Shown: in pieces, positions 41,206-55,405 of the stretch
Position numbering within the stretch: the stretch's first letter is position 1
Layout: every line of letters begins with the position of its first letter
Assembly (NCBI RefSeq): GCF_006345805.1
Contig: NC_042999.1
Location: 26,536,001-26,600,000 of the forward strand
Source of the DNA: Octopus sinensis
Taxonomy: Eukaryota
DNA: 64,000 bases
Direction of reading: 5' to 3'
Program-made: the position numbers and the translations under genes
Notes under the pieces: model-generated
The model's database searches: none
What the model was told of the DNA's origin: nothing
Seen by the model: the letters and a program-made list of their open reading frames with translations, nothing else

Positions 41206-41309
41206 AACAACAAACAAGATGAGGACCAAGAATCGTCAAATGTAAATAATGTACATAATTCCTCATCTCTTAAATATAGAAATAAAAGACATATCAAAAA
41301 AAAAATTTA

Positions 41310-42050
41310 TGTCACGAGAAATGAAATCCCAAAGAAAGTATTGTATGACACCCAAACAGCTTAAAACACTTTCAAGTATCATAATAAAAAGAATGGAGAC
41401 ACTGGTATTGAGCCCTAAATGTAAGAGACATTAAACGTCAGAGCGGAGTTTAATTTTCAATAGGAGAGAAGTAATGGGAGACAAATTCTAAGAAGGGGAG
41501 AAGTTGTGGAAGGATTCAGACCACTCCCATATGACTAAAAGTGGAATGACACGTTGCTATAAAATAAAGGATTGCCAGTAGTTCATAGGTAAGTAGTTCA
41601 CTGTGAGCCGTTGGCAGAGAGCATTTCTCGTGTCACAGTAATCGTAATGCGTGGTGTAAATGCTTCTTTAAAAAAATGTCACGAGAAATGAAATCCCCAT
41701 GGAAGTATTGTACGACACGTTTGAGGTATCAACACCCAAACAGTTTGAAACACTTTCAAGCATCATAATAAAGAACGAAAACACTGGAATTAAGCCCTAA
41801 ATGTAAGAGACATTAAATGTCAGAGCAGAATTTAATTCTCAATCGGGGAGAAGTAATGGGAGACTAATTCTAAGACGGGGAAATGTTGTAGAAAGGTTTC
41901 GATCACCCCCATGTGACCAAAAGGGGAATGACACGTTGCTATAAAATAAAGGACTGCCAGTAGTTCATAGGTAGGTAGATCCCTGTGAGCCGTTAGTAGA
42001 GAGCGTTTCTCGTTTCACAGTAATCGTAGTGCGTGGTGTAAATACTCCTT
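41310..42050. repeat. Tandem dimer of a unit of about 367 bp with TGT...ACA inverted ends (LTR-like)
   Basis: Units start at 41310 and 41677. tgtcacgagaaatg ... catttctcgtgtcaca. Internal tataaaataaa. Confidence 0.85.
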
Positions 42051-42752
42051 TTCTCTCTACTTCGTTAAATTATTCATCCAACACAAAGATGTAAAAGCAG
42101 CAAAGGAAACAATTATGGCACCCTACATTTTTTGTTTCATCTAATAATGCACTAAACAGTCTGTTATTTCAAAATTTACACGTCACTATTAATTATTATT
42201 TTATTTTCAAATAAATTTTTTATTTGAAAATATCTTATTTTCAAATAAAAAATTCTGAATAATTTTCTTTATGTGGTCCAGAAAACTGATTTTGTCTTCA
42301 TCAGAAATGCATAGATGTATATCACGCAAAGAGCACAGAATAGATGCATCGGCATAAATATTTATCTGATAACTATGAAGCATGATATTTCCCAACTAAG
42401 ATGGAAATAACAGCAGGACTCACTGTCAAATCACTTTGCTGACTAGCATTTCTTAAATACACATAAATAGTGTAAGCACTACTATCCATAACATGAAGGA
42501 CTTTACCACCAGCTTTCATTCCGGAGATGGCCAGTATATCCACTGAGTAACTTTCATAGAATGTTAAGCATTATTCTTCGTGAGACTTTTCATTATAAAT
42601 TCATGCAGACGGATACTTGCGCTTTGATAGGTACCAGATGATGTAAAGAAATTAAGTGTATCTCTATTACTTGAATTTTGCTCCAAATATTCAGTTTCGG
42701 TGTTTTTTCTGCGGGTGTGCCGAACCAACCACATGGTGGAGTCATACATTTG

Positions 42753-43182
42753 GGATCTTTTCGGTTTGAACGGCAGTTTTTAAAATAATTTCTAGGAAAC
42801 TAAAAAATTTTAAACTTCGTATACTGGCAGAATGTGTTTATAAAACATATTTTTCTCTTGGCTTTATTGAGAAAATTCTATAGTTTGTAAGATATTTGTT
42901 GTTTTTTTCTTCAATTTCTGCAATTACAACCAATCAGTGACGTCTATTGAGGTAAAAAACATTCTGTGCCGTATGAATATGTCCCTCGTTTAAGAAACAG
43001 ATTGGGTTTATTTACATTTGTGAAGAAAAAAATATACCCTTCTCCCCACCACTAACCCTAATCCTAACCCTAAATAACCCTAAAATAGATTGAAATGCAC
43101 TAGATCGATACTAGGGTCATGATTATGTGTGACAATTTCGTATGACACCGCTAGAAAACTGCCGTTGAAACCGAAAAGATTC
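42753..43182. mobile_element. Second copy of the Merlin-like MITE (inverted relative to 5680-6093)
   Basis: Same TIRs and body. TSD tacatttg / tgcatttg. Confidence 0.9.
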
Positions 43183-43648
43183 TGCATTTGTTTTGTTTTG
43201 TTTTTTGTCCATTATGTTATTCTAAAAGTTATACATTCCATAAAGTGGATAGTCTTTTTTATCCCTTAGTGATTTTTAAGTGAGCTCTAAGCTATTCGCC
43301 CACCAAGAGTGTGTCACCAAAAATGGCGTAAGATTACATAGGGTAAACATTTTGCATTTCCTCTTTGTGTCGTGTGATTGAAGGCCATGCAACATGTTTG
43401 TTTAATTTTTATCGATATATTGTCATAACATAGACAATTTTATCAGTCATCTCGCAGTCTCGGTGATTAGGTATCTTGTGCAGATGATCCAGAATTGTAA
43501 CGGCTGGGTTTATGCCTATTTATCTGATCTCGTATGTTTACACATATCTCAATGCCATGTTATCTCCCTCTTCCTTTATCTCCCTTTATCTATCTTTATG
43601 TATTTATATACATACATATATATGTGTGTGTATATATCTATATACATA

Positions 43649-43740
<92 letters not shown>

Positions 43741-44362
43741 CATATATATATACACGTACACAGAGGCTCACACAAATACTCACACACATATATATATACA
43801 TATGCACAGATATGTATGTGTGTGTGTGTGAAATACAATCCACTGTCACTACATTTATCTATCTCTAAAGATATTGATTCGCTTTATTTAGCTCCTAGTT
43901 GTTTTTTTCTGTCTTTTTCTTTTAATTTTTGAAAACATTCCATTTTTCGTGAAGGCGCTTTTATATCTGACAAAATGTTATTGCTTTTATTCTTTCAAAT
44001 AAATTTTACAGATAATCTGATAATGTTTCGATTGAATTAACAATTCCAAATACGCGCTTTTCCAACTTGGCTATATCATGAACATTTAATGTATATAATT
44101 CTATGGGTTTTATTAGCATGCACATCTCAATTGAATTTAATATCGCTGAATAAATATACACGACAATGTAAATGAACTGTAATTTAATAGAACAGTAACA
44201 ATAAAGCCTAGGTTTTACTGGCCAAAAAGGCCAGAGGGTTTCTTATGCCTACAGTGATCCCTTATGCTGGATGAATTTCTTTTATAGACACACAAACACA
44301 CAGAGACACACACACACCGCGCGGGTACACACACACGCGCGCGCACATATGTATAAACCACG

Positions 44363-44762
44363 AGTAGGAGTGGCTGTGTGGTAAGTAGCTTGCTTACCGA
44401 CCACATGGTTCCGGGTTCAGTCGCACTGCGTCGCACCTGTGTCTTCTACTATAGCCTCGGGCCGACCAAAATCTTGTGAGTGGATATGGTAGGCGGAAAC
44501 TGAAAGAAGCCCGTCGTATAGATGTATATATATATGCAAGTGTGTGTATATGTTTGTGTGTCTGTGCCCCCCCCCAACATCGCTTGACAACCGATGCCGG
44601 TGTGTTTACGTCCCCGTAGCATAGCGGTTCGGCCAAAGAGGCCGATAGGATAAGTACCAGGCTTACAAAAAAATAGTCCTCTCGTCGATTTGTTCGACTA
44701 AAAGGCGGTGCTCCAGCGTGGCCACAGTCAAATGACTGAAACAAATAAAAGAGTAAAGAGTG
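44363..44762 (+). mobile_element. Near full-length tRNA-derived SINE (family A)
   Basis: A box tggctgtgtgg, B box gggttcagtc, internal microsatellite, 3' tgactgaaacaaat(aaagagt)n tail. Confidence 0.9.
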
Positions 44763-45919
44763 TAAGGAGTATATACGTAATGATTGTGAGTGCATTTTGC
44801 TGCTAAGATTTAAATGCCTTGAACACTGGGACAATGCACTATCGATAACAAATTACGAATCATTAACAACGGAGTAACTGTTATCTCCTTTCCCCTCACT
44901 AATAAAATACCAATCCACCATACGAGTTTATCCAAATATCTTACCATCTGAGAATATGCTATTACATCTTAGCGTTTACTTTATACTCGACAAATACTTT
45001 TCGTGAAGGCAAACAATACGTTTTGAGAACTTTATTCATGTTCTTTGTCCCTATTTCATATCATTTGTCATGATTTTCTTCTTTAGAATTCAATTCAGTA
45101 TTATGGAAGTGCTTATTTTTTATAGCCACATTATTCTTGCATATCTCAGTTTATCTATTTTGCTACATTAAATTCTATAATATACCGAGAACGGCGTAAG
45201 ATTCGCAACGAGCAAAAACTTTTGCTGTGAAGTTTAATATTACGTATCCAGTGTATCCAGATTTATGTTTATATACATATATCTCAATTTTGCTGAATAT
45301 ATATTATTTCTCGAGCTAAAGACGAGAAGCTCTGAGCTTTCATATTGTAATAAATCAGGAGTTTTTAAGAAATATGAAAATATTCTCATTGAACAGCGGC
45401 TTTTAATTAACTGGGCTATCTCGTTTTTCCAATTTATGAGAGTATATATTTTCCTGTGCAACATATATGTTATAAATAATTTTTCTATCAACGTTTATAT
45501 CCAATATATACCGTTGCGTTATTTACTTGGTGTTTTCTTTCCCCAATGAAGTAGTGAAATGCTATTTCTTTCGTCAGAGAAAGAGCATAAGGGCTCATAT
45601 AACGTGGGTAATTATCGTAGCATAATCTCAAACAAGAAAAGAAAAATAAGTTAACAAAATACAATAAAATTAACGATAACCATTCACGCCAAAATAGAGT
45701 TAATGAATATCGAACCGCGGTCTAGACTCATATGCCAGTATCTTTTTTTCTCTTTCCAAGGCATGAAATTGGTTTTATTTTAAAACATCTATGAACGTAT
45801 AAGCTGAGTATATCATACTTTGCACAATAAAGTGCTCTTGGGGGTGTCCAATCTCTCTCTGGGTTATTTTTGTAAAATGTATTCTATTTTACCTTTGGTT
45901 CAAAGGGCATATTCGGTTT

Positions 45920-46114
45920 CAAATTTTGGTATAAGACCAGTTAGTTCGAGGAAAGGGAGAAGTAACTTATATCGACCTCAGTGCTCAACTGGTACTTATT
46001 TTTTTGCTCCCGATACAGTCGATCTCTGTGGAATTTCAACACGGAACGTGTAGACTGATAAATACCGCTAATCATTTTGTCCGGCGTGTTAACGATTCTA
46101 CCAGCTCACCACCT
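45920..46114 (-). mobile_element. Degraded family B SINE
   Basis: Reverse-complement similarity to 38799-38960. Confidence 0.75.
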
Positions 46115-47836
46115 CAAGTTGTTTCTAGAATATTGTTGACAAAAGCTGTGCCATAAACACGTCGAGATGATTACATGGTTCTTGGATTCCAATGCTCAAT
46201 CCATCCCATTTCCCAACCATTTAACCTTACACTCGGGCAACTTTAATAAAAAGTCAGTGTATTGCCTTTCCATTCCTTTCCAACTGTTTTTGTTAAATAG
46301 TAAACAAATTTTCATAGTTGGTGCTTATCCTGTGTTGCCCAAATCATAAATAAACTTTGGTTCATTTTATAGTGGTAAATGCTTAATAGACAGCTCCCTG
46401 AATTACAAATGCCAATCTTGTACGTTTTATCAATGGTAGCTCTTGATACCCTAGTTGCCAATGGCGAAACTATACGAAGTTCTATATTATTCGAGACACC
46501 TACTGTTCTACATCTTGTAGAGGCTACGATGGAGCATCTACGTCTAGCTCAGCTTATTTGACATAGCAACCAACCACCTTTTTATATTTTAAAACGTGAA
46601 GAACTTTGAGTTATGTAATACCACCTGAGAAGACTCGACTAGTAATGGCTGGAACGGCTTTGAAATTTTTTTATTTGCTGGAGTAACACTGATTAATATC
46701 TGCAACAATAAAGTAATTCTTATATAACGGCTCCAACACATTACAATAACAACGGACAGATCTTCCTGATATATCCTCAAATCTTCGGAAAAAGATGCAA
46801 TGACAATTTGGTAAATATTATTTTAGATACACTATACCTAAAAACTATATGTTATGTTCTTGAGTTGTATACGTTTCATCATATAATGAATTATCTGCTT
46901 CGCATAAAAATACTATTTTCCTTCCAAAATACATTTTTGGCTAAATTTCAAATACTTCAAAATCAAAACTACTCTGAGAATTATAACATAAAACAACCTT
47001 ATTAAAAATATCACAAATATCATCTGTATGTAATATATCCAATATTGGCATTAAATATACTAAAAAAGTAAAAGATAGTTAAATTTTGCACTAAAACGAA
47101 CCCTATTTCTATAATTCAAATATGGCAACATGGGAAGTGAAAATGCGTAAAATATGAAACTGTAATTACGTTTTTCACTCATGTTCAGATTTCAATGAAA
47201 GTTAATTTTCACAAAGTAAAATCCACTCCGTTTATATTCTTATAATATTGACAAACGTAATGCAATGTCAAGCAGATACATGCAGAAAAACGCAAAAATA
47301 TACATATCCACACATAGTCGAGTAACACACGCACAAACATACGCACACTCACACACAAATATGTATACGTATATACGTTACATACATGATATATGCATTT
47401 GCATAGAAACACAGACACGTTCACACGTACTCGTAGGTTTGCATATATTTTATATATAATTATGAATAGAATTTTTCATTCCTTTTTTTCTACGCTTTAA
47501 CATTGACTTCCATTCATTGACGTTTCAGTTTTTTTTTTTATTCATGGATAAGAAGAACTATAAAATGTGAAGGAAAATGTTGAAAATAAGGAATATATAT
47601 TGTGGAAATATAACTGGATTGAGATATTTTGAATATGTTAAGGATTTAATTTTCTAATTGATTTTATATTTTGATATCAATCTTTAGCATGATACTGAAT
47701 AAATGAAATACGTAGGTACCATGCATTAGTTGAATGTCAATAAATGCACACGGTTGCAATTTAATGCATAATAAATATCTTTATAATGATTTTGTCTATT
47801 ATTCCTTGTTAAACGACGACTACATTTATTCTTGTA

Positions 47837-48221
47837 CTAGCAGTATCGCCCGGCGTTGCTCAGGTTTGTAAGGGAAATAACTATAAAGCATTTTTAGAGA
47901 GTTATAGCCAAAAAATAGCAAAAAAATGGAATAAAATGATGGTAAATTTTTTTTTGAGATTTAAAAAAGGTGGAGTTGCGTCCCCTAGACAGTTTGTGGT
48001 TCGTGTTTCTGATTCTCGACCCCATGTCGAATTTATCGATATTTTTCAGAACTGGGGAAACTTTTCAAAATTTTCGCTGCGTTAGTTTTGAATTATGACA
48101 TTGGGCTATGTGTGTGTCAAGTTTCATCAGAATCGGTTGAAAGCCGTGGTCAGGGTGAGGGTACAAGCAAACAGACACACAGAAACACGCACAGACAAAC
48201 TGCCGTTTATATATAGAGAGA
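47837..48221 (-). mobile_element. Short non-autonomous Helitron
   Basis: Minus strand A|TCTCTCTATATATAAA ... cctgagcaacgccgggcgatactgCTAG|T. Confidence 0.9.
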
Positions 48222-48507
48222 TGAGATTATATTCACGCTCGTATACCAAAGTTACCAATTCTCTGATTCAAGATTTTGATAATAAGTCACCTTCGTTCCG
48301 ACAATTAATTCGGTCATAACAGACCCACACGATAACATTTTATCATAAAAACATTAATCATCTGTGAGGTTATGGTATACGGCATTTAGCATTTTAGAAC
48401 TTGGGTCTCGGTACGGGATCGCAGATTAGCTTAATCATGGCCTTTGAATGTTAGGGATTATGGCCACGTATCTAACTTGGCACATCCATCCAGATCTCTC
48501 TTATATA

Positions 48508-48913
48508 TGTTTCTTTATTACCCACAAGAGGCTAAACATAAAGGGGACAAGCAAGGACAACAAACGAATTAAGTCGATTACATCAATCCCAGTGCGTAAC
48601 TGGTACTTATCGACCCCGAAAGGATGCAAGGCAAAGTCGACCTCGGCGGAATTTGAACTCAAAACGTAACGGCAGACGAATTACCTATTTCTTTACTACC
48701 CACAAGCTGCTAAACACAGAGAGGACAAGGAAGGACAGACAAACGAATTAAGTCAATTACATTGACTCCAGTGCGTAACTGGTACTTAATTTATCGACTC
48801 CGAAAGGATGAAAGGCAAAGTCGACATTGGCGGAATTTGAACTCAGAACGTAACGGCAGACGAAATACACCTACGCATTTCGTCCGGCGTGCTGACGGTT
48901 CTGCCAGCTCGCC
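48508..48913 (-). mobile_element. Family B SINE with internal duplication
   Basis: Two units of about 180 bp, reverse complement of the 36318 family. Confidence 0.9.
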
Positions 48914-49328
48914 GATATATATCTACATGTTATACCTAACAAACGTTTTGCACATGTGGGTATAATCTGCATTGGGAAACTTTAAGCAGTTATAAATGAT
49001 TTGATCAGTTACTTCTCTGTATTGATATTTGCTTCTTATTTCATTATATTGTTTGTACATACTCTGTACGCCATTGATCGTGTGCGACTAAATCCAGTTA
49101 CATTTCATCTACAAAAACTGTATTTTCTTAACGTTTGGCATCACTGATGACTTTTCCCCTTTCTCTCGAGTCTCGTCGCTGATTGACAATGTTAACCTCT
49201 TTCGTTATTACAAAATTTTCTATTTATTTCGAAATTCCATTTCGATTTTATCTTTAATTTTTCTGCAATGAGAAGCAATTTTTCGCAGTAGCTATCTTCT
49301 ATTTCGCAGTTCATTTTTTCCCCTTTAA

Positions 49329-50907
49329 CACTCACGCGCACAATTATTGGCACCCCTTGTCAAAAATGATTGAAATTGTCGCTAAAATTAGTGTTTACAT
49401 AACTAAGTTTTGGTCAATGTAGATACAATTGTTTAAGTAACACCAAACAAAAAGTGAATTTCTTAAACAATTTATTTTTAACGAGTAAAACAGAAAAACA
49501 AGATAATTACATGGTTCAAAATTATTGGCGCCTTGGTAACATTCAATGATTAAAACCAGTGACGTATCCTTTATATTTAATATGTTTAATAACTTCAATC
49601 TGCGAGGGTCATTTTCAGTTAACTTCAGACACAGGAAGGAATTTTAACTCATTCTTCAATCGAAAATTATTCCATCTGCCTCAAATTAAATGTTCTTCCA
49701 TTCACTCCTTTCTTTAGCTTCTACCATAAATTTTCAATCGGGTTCATATCAGAGCTTTGATATAACCATCAGAGTACATCTATCTTGTTTTCTTTCAATC
49801 GATTTTGGATTAAAACTGAGGCACACTTCGGATCATTTTCCTACATGAAGGACCAATGGCTTCCTAATCCTTGTTGCTTCGACGATAATCAGGCTTTCTC
49901 TATTTTCACCATTCCTTTAATTCGAATTAACTTTTCAATGCCTTTAGCAGAAAAATGACACTACAGCATTATAATCGCTGTCTCCCGGTGGTAGGGTTCA
50001 TATTATTCAGATTTTAATTTTCCTTTTTCCTCCAAGCAGTAGACCTACCGTTGTGACCGAATAACTCGAGTTTGGTTTCGTCAGAATTATGAAACAGAAT
50101 CATCCACGAGCAGGGTTCTTCAGAAAGTCTCTCGCAAACTTCAAAGAAGCAGTTACATGCTTAAGCCACCTCTATTGTGAGTTTACGTGATCGGTGACCT
50201 TGAAGCATGAGTTTCAATAGCTCTCAATTAGGCTTTGATAGCTACAGTTATTATCTTAGTATCATTGTTGACCATTTTAATTAACACCCACTCATTTCGT
50301 TCTGAAAACAGCTTCTTTCTGCTGTCTCCATTCTCGTTCCCCAACAAACGGATATCTTGAGGCTTTACGAGTTTGTTGCGAACAAATGATCTTGCCATAT
50401 TGAAATTCTCAGATATTCTCTTATACTCGTTTCCAGGGATGTGAGAATATACAATCTACTACTTAAGTCGGAACAGTGCCCCTCAACGTTCACCACCACG
50501 TCATAGATAGAATACTTTGTTGACCAAGAGAAGGCTGCAAAACGGTCGTGCAAATGATGTCATGTACCCCTACCACGCATTATTCTATAAATTTCTGTAT
50601 TTTATATATTTCTCAGTATGATATACAGTCTATTATCTGACACATTTTTATATTGCCCGACGCAATGATATTTGCAACGCAATAATCAAACTTTTGTGTA
50701 TCTGCCAATAATTTGGGACCATGCTTGAAATTTTTATCGACTGCAATTAGAATTTTAAACATCGCCAGGTACCCTCCCCCGGCAAATATATGCTGTAGCT
50801 CTTCACATTATTGTAACATAACAGTATTTAAGGAGACATCTAATTTTGGCGAGAAATTCAATAACGACCCTTTTTAACAAGAGCTGCCAATAATAGGGCG
50901 CATAACA
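49329..50907 (-). mobile_element. Degraded Tc1-like (DD34E) transposon with IR/DR-type ends
   Basis: SDETKLELFGHN; F..ENDPK; W.YQSSDMNPIENLW. Outer repeats caattattggcacccct / agctgccaataatag, inner copies at about 49515 and 50700. Confidence 0.85.
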
Positions 50908-53650
50908 TAAAGACATGTTCTTGAAATATTTTAAACACATACCCTAATTATATCAAATAATAACAGGTTGCCATTTCCCTAAAGTATTTATTCGTACAAA
51001 CTTTCATAGTTTTATGAAGGTATACAATTTCTTTGAAATTAGCAGTTTCTATTTGCTTTTGTGGTGGTGGTGGTGGTGGAGGTGGTAGTGGTAGTTGTAG
51101 GAGTGATAATGATGATGATGACTAGGTAGAATGAGATGAGGAAGAATTGGAGGAAGATATTATTGGACTTTAGAGCAGGCATACATATTTAGAATGAAGT
51201 TTCGGATTTCATCTCATTCTCATTTATATAAAGGAAAGAATGTAGTAACAGATATTTTAATGTATAGTTGCAAATTGTTTCTGACTGACAGCTTATGATT
51301 CAGTAACCACTCATATACTGAAGCGATATTTCAACGAGTATCAAACACGAACTTGGGGGAAGAACTGAATATGTACTGAGCCTAAAGGGGTAGAAGTTAA
51401 TCCATTGACATTCAGAATTGACAATGACCTATATTTGATATTATAAGACGTAATCAATAACTTCAAGACGTATATCATTTGAAAATGTTGGCCGCATTTA
51501 TTCTATGCGTTGATTATATTAAAAACGTGGATAGTCTACCCTAAAAAGAAATGCATAAGAACCAACCCCATTCCATCGCTATTGTGGGTATTTACAATTG
51601 CATATAAATATCTTCCTATGTGTTAAGATACTAAAGGACACTTGAGAAAAAAATCGATTGTTATTAATAATGGTAGGTGTAATCGTGTTGGGTCTACCTC
51701 ATTTACCTGTACTTGGTATTTGCGTAGTTTAGCGCGTCAATCAATTTGAAGATGACTGGCCCTCCATGGTTAGATCACAGAAGGATTCCGGGTCACTAGT
51801 AATTGAAACAGACAATATTTTGCGTGAGACGTTACGATTAGGTGTGCAGGAGACTTGTCTGCTTATAATTAAAAAGTAGAGAATGATGATACATCTATCA
51901 ACGACTAAATGTTAAATAAATGTTCCATTAAACAGATGTAGAAAGAAAGAGTGCGGTGTATAATGTAGCCAAGAAACGCTGGAGTGTACTGCCTTGTCAT
52001 CGTAGTTATGCAGTGGTTGACAGTAAATTATTGATTATAGCTAAACGGAATAGATGGAGGGCATTGTAAAAAGCGTTCAAGGTTATTTTATTAACTAAAT
52101 ATTATATCAAGTTTTCCAGGTAATGGACATTTCTTTTTATAGTGAAGTTACATAAGTATTTCACATTACTTATTGTTGCTTGATATGTTCTTGTTTAATG
52201 CTTCCATGGTGTGCCTTATGCGTTTGTGCAAAATTAGCTATCTTTTGAATGGGGTGTGTTGAATAGTGTGCGATGTTTATGTTATTTTGAAACGTTTTTT
52301 TTTGCAAATGTGTGTTAGGAATATACATTCTACAAGCTGCTAAAAATATATTGAAGAATGTATCGAACCAGTTGATGTTTCTTTAACTGGGTTTGTCTTG
52401 TTTAGCTGGTTCCAGCATTTTGTCAATATGTAAAGTGCTATTTAGATTCTTTGTGAAATATCACGAGATGCAAATGAAATATGTGTAATGATGCAATTCG
52501 TTGACACATCGTGCACCATGGAAATTATACAAGCACTTCGTGAAATGGGATTGATTTTATAGTGGTAGTCCTCGGATAATGTCAGTTTCACAAGCCTAAT
52601 GGATTCACACAAAGTCAATCCTGACTCAGTAGGTTTTGGTAAAAGGGATTTTAAGTATCACCGTACTTCTGTAATATCCCGAAACAGGTTCTGTAGCGCG
52701 TCATCTTTTTAAAAGTATTTTGTATTGTTCAATGATGGTTTGACTCTTATCACAGCACAATGACATTTATGAGGTAGAAATTTATGACAAACATTTTTCA
52801 TGCTAGAAGTGATAGCTGTATGTAAATTATGGATTTGTACGGAACATGATATTGAGGGTTATACAAATAATCCCCATAGGTACTGGAACTATATAAATAA
52901 TCCCCCAAACCATTGTTTGTTAGTAATTGAGTAACATTTCTTTTTAACCCCTTTGTATAAACTCAAACGTAGAAAAACCATTATTGTAAATATACCACTG
53001 GGCGCATATATTTCAATTATTCCTGCTTAGTGTATATCCAATCAGTGAATCGCTCCTAGAACAATCATTGCACGCACCGGAAAATATATCATAGTGTAAC
53101 TGGTGAATCCGGTGTCCCTATTTGATGAAGCTTAACGAAAGCGAAACAGGTGTTCTACAACAGTCCGATAACAACATTTCTACGCCAGGCAGGTGTTATT
53201 CCTCTACATTGTTTTATAAGGGCAATTTTTCTCCAGAAACAGTTTTCGCCGCAGTGGTCTTTGCGCGTATTTGTTATATATGTGTGTTTGTTTGTTCATA
53301 TTCATGTAATTAATGTGTGTATCAATATATCTACGTACTTGCGTATGCATATAAATGTTTGCACCTCAATATTTTTCATGCTCATTTATCTTGCTTCAAC
53401 TATCGGTTTGAAACACAAATGTCGCCCTGAAACGTATCAGCCTGAAATAATTGAAATTTATGTGAATGTGCCAGAATCGTTGTTATGTTCACTTTGATTT
53501 TGGGCACAGTTAACAGCAGGGAATTAATGCAATAATTTCCCCCTTTCTCACATGGAAATTCTTGGCTGTGAGCTTAGATTGTAAAATCCTTATTATTTGT
53601 TACGAAAATTAAAGAAATGAAATGAATCATCAACACGGATTTGGGAGATA

Positions 53651-53916
53651 ATTTACTTACTTCTGTCCGCGCCACGAGGAACATACGTCTGCAACGCGAT
53701 CTTTTCAACGAGTTCTATTTTTTGTCTTTGATCTAATCTTATTCCAGCTTTTCCATCTTTCTCGTCTCCTTTCTTAATCAATGGTCATTTAAGATGTGGT
53801 TTTAGGGCACCCAGCTGCACTTTCCCCATGAAGTTGTCAATTTAGTCACACCATACAATCGCTATCTGAATCTTGTCCGAAGAGGTGTCAGATCCAGCTC
53901 CAAGTACTCAATTTCA
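53651..53916 (-). mobile_element. RTE-like LINE 3' end
   Basis: Minus strand WSWI.HLL, G.PKTT, KSWNKI...KNRTR., CSSW, then aagtaagtaa tail. Confidence 0.65.
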
Positions 53917-53999
53917 TACGTAAAACTTTCAATGGATCTGTTCCTCTTAGGTGGAAATTGAGTACCGGGCGCTAATAGTAAAAACTAGCGTTTCTGTAA

Positions 54000-54072
<73 letters not shown>

Positions 54073-54073
54073 A

Positions 54074-54108
<35 letters not shown>

Positions 54109-54252
54109 TGTTATTATAAAATGGATCTTTTGATCTACGTTTGCTCAAGTAATCGAGTCAATTTGCTCTCTCTCGTTCACGTTAACTTTTAATTATGCTT
54201 TATATACCTGCCGAATATGAATCATTACTCATAGTCTATGAATAAAATATAT

Positions 54253-54360
54253 TTTTTCTTTACTACCCACAAGGGGCTAAACATAGAGGGGACAAACAAG
54301 GACAGACAAAGAGATCAATTCGATTACATCGACCCCAGTGCGAAACTGGTACTTTATTTA
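54253..54360 (-). mobile_element. Family B SINE 3' fragment
   Basis: Reverse complement of 38925-39030. Confidence 0.85.
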
Positions 54361-55108
54361 TGAATAAAATATATTATCGATTAATCAAGCATGTCAACGT
54401 AGCGTATACTATGCTAATCAAAGTTTGGAAATCGTTGCATCATGAATGTACTTAAATAAACATTAATAGGATGGTTCTAAATTTCTTCAGATCACCTCCT
54501 CTTATATTCGCAAATCATTACCAACCACCTCTAGCATTTTGTTTTCTATCTTCAAATATGAGGTTCAAGAGGGGAAATTTGAAATAAAACTTTGCATTGA
54601 GTACATCACTTCTTAAATTATCATTAGATGATATTTTATTCTGTATCTTTACCACTGCGACATTAAGTCGATAAGGGGAAGATTGAAAAACCATTTGTTG
54701 GCTAGTGTATCCTAAAGTTATCTGCACTAAAAATGTTACATACATTGGTATCCGTAGTTATATGTCATTCAATGAAGAGCAGGAATATTTTCTATGCCAA
54801 GTGTATATAGATGGCTATGATTATAAATCTTTACTTAATCAAGAGAGAAAAGCAGAGAGTCATACATTAGCTTAATGTAACATTGAGATTGTAGTAATGG
54901 GAATAGAATTTTCTATATTTTTTTTTATTTACCCTTTCCTATTTTTCTTTAGTTTCAGAGAAACTGAAAATGTATTCAGACAAGTGGGGCCTTCATGAAG
55001 GAGGTAATTCATTACCAAAACAACCTTGATTTAAATGGCGCGTAAAATTGGAGGTATTTAAAAATTTATGGTAATGTATCGGGCTAGGTTTTGTTGTACA
55101 TGTCAGTG

Positions 55109-55180
<72 letters not shown>

Positions 55181-55366
55181 GTAGCCATGATAGATCGTTA
55201 GATAGAAATTATATATTTCTCTCCTTGTTTTTTCTGTGTACCTTTCTGTAGAAGAGCGTAGGCTCCAAACGTAAAATACTTTTTTCTATTCCTGAGCGCT
55301 ATACTAATACATTTGTTTGTTTTGTACACCACCTCTCTTCGTCTTTTGTTTCTTTCGTAAACTTTT

Positions 55367-55368
<2 letters not shown>
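55181..55368 (+). mobile_element. Short PLE terminal-repeat-like element between TA tracts, HHR-like motif at 55243-55276
   Basis: TTT-CTGTAGA-a-GAGC gtag GCTC-CAAA-CG-TA-AAA (GAAA mutated). Confidence 0.55.

Positions 55369-55405
<37 letters not shown>

Larger units (their letters stand above)
40465..41282 (+). mobile_element. Penelope/Poseidon-like PLE 3' end: GIY-YIG endonuclease, tRNA-like segment, microsatellite, HHR
   Basis: LSEKIQKIC; KTVF.SNTTLRKYL.RVKPP; NCVYYIP; GETCRPLKIRVEEHRK; ADHV; WDEVKIIDREHHWKIRKLKEAAHM; LWEPVL; stop at 40940-40942. Confidence 0.88.

Noticed and set aside
42380-42750. Possible LINE AP-endonuclease remnant on the minus strand (YSVDILAISG)
   Set aside because: A single weak motif is insufficient support.
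46589-46780. Possible minus-strand exon after ttgttgcag (DINQC, EGF-like start)
   Set aside because: That frame stops within 10 codons and the other frames match no family I recognise.
53121-53156. Hammerhead-like ttgatga-a-gctt..aagc-gaaac
   Set aside because: No convincing stem I or PLE context; kept only as a weak mention.
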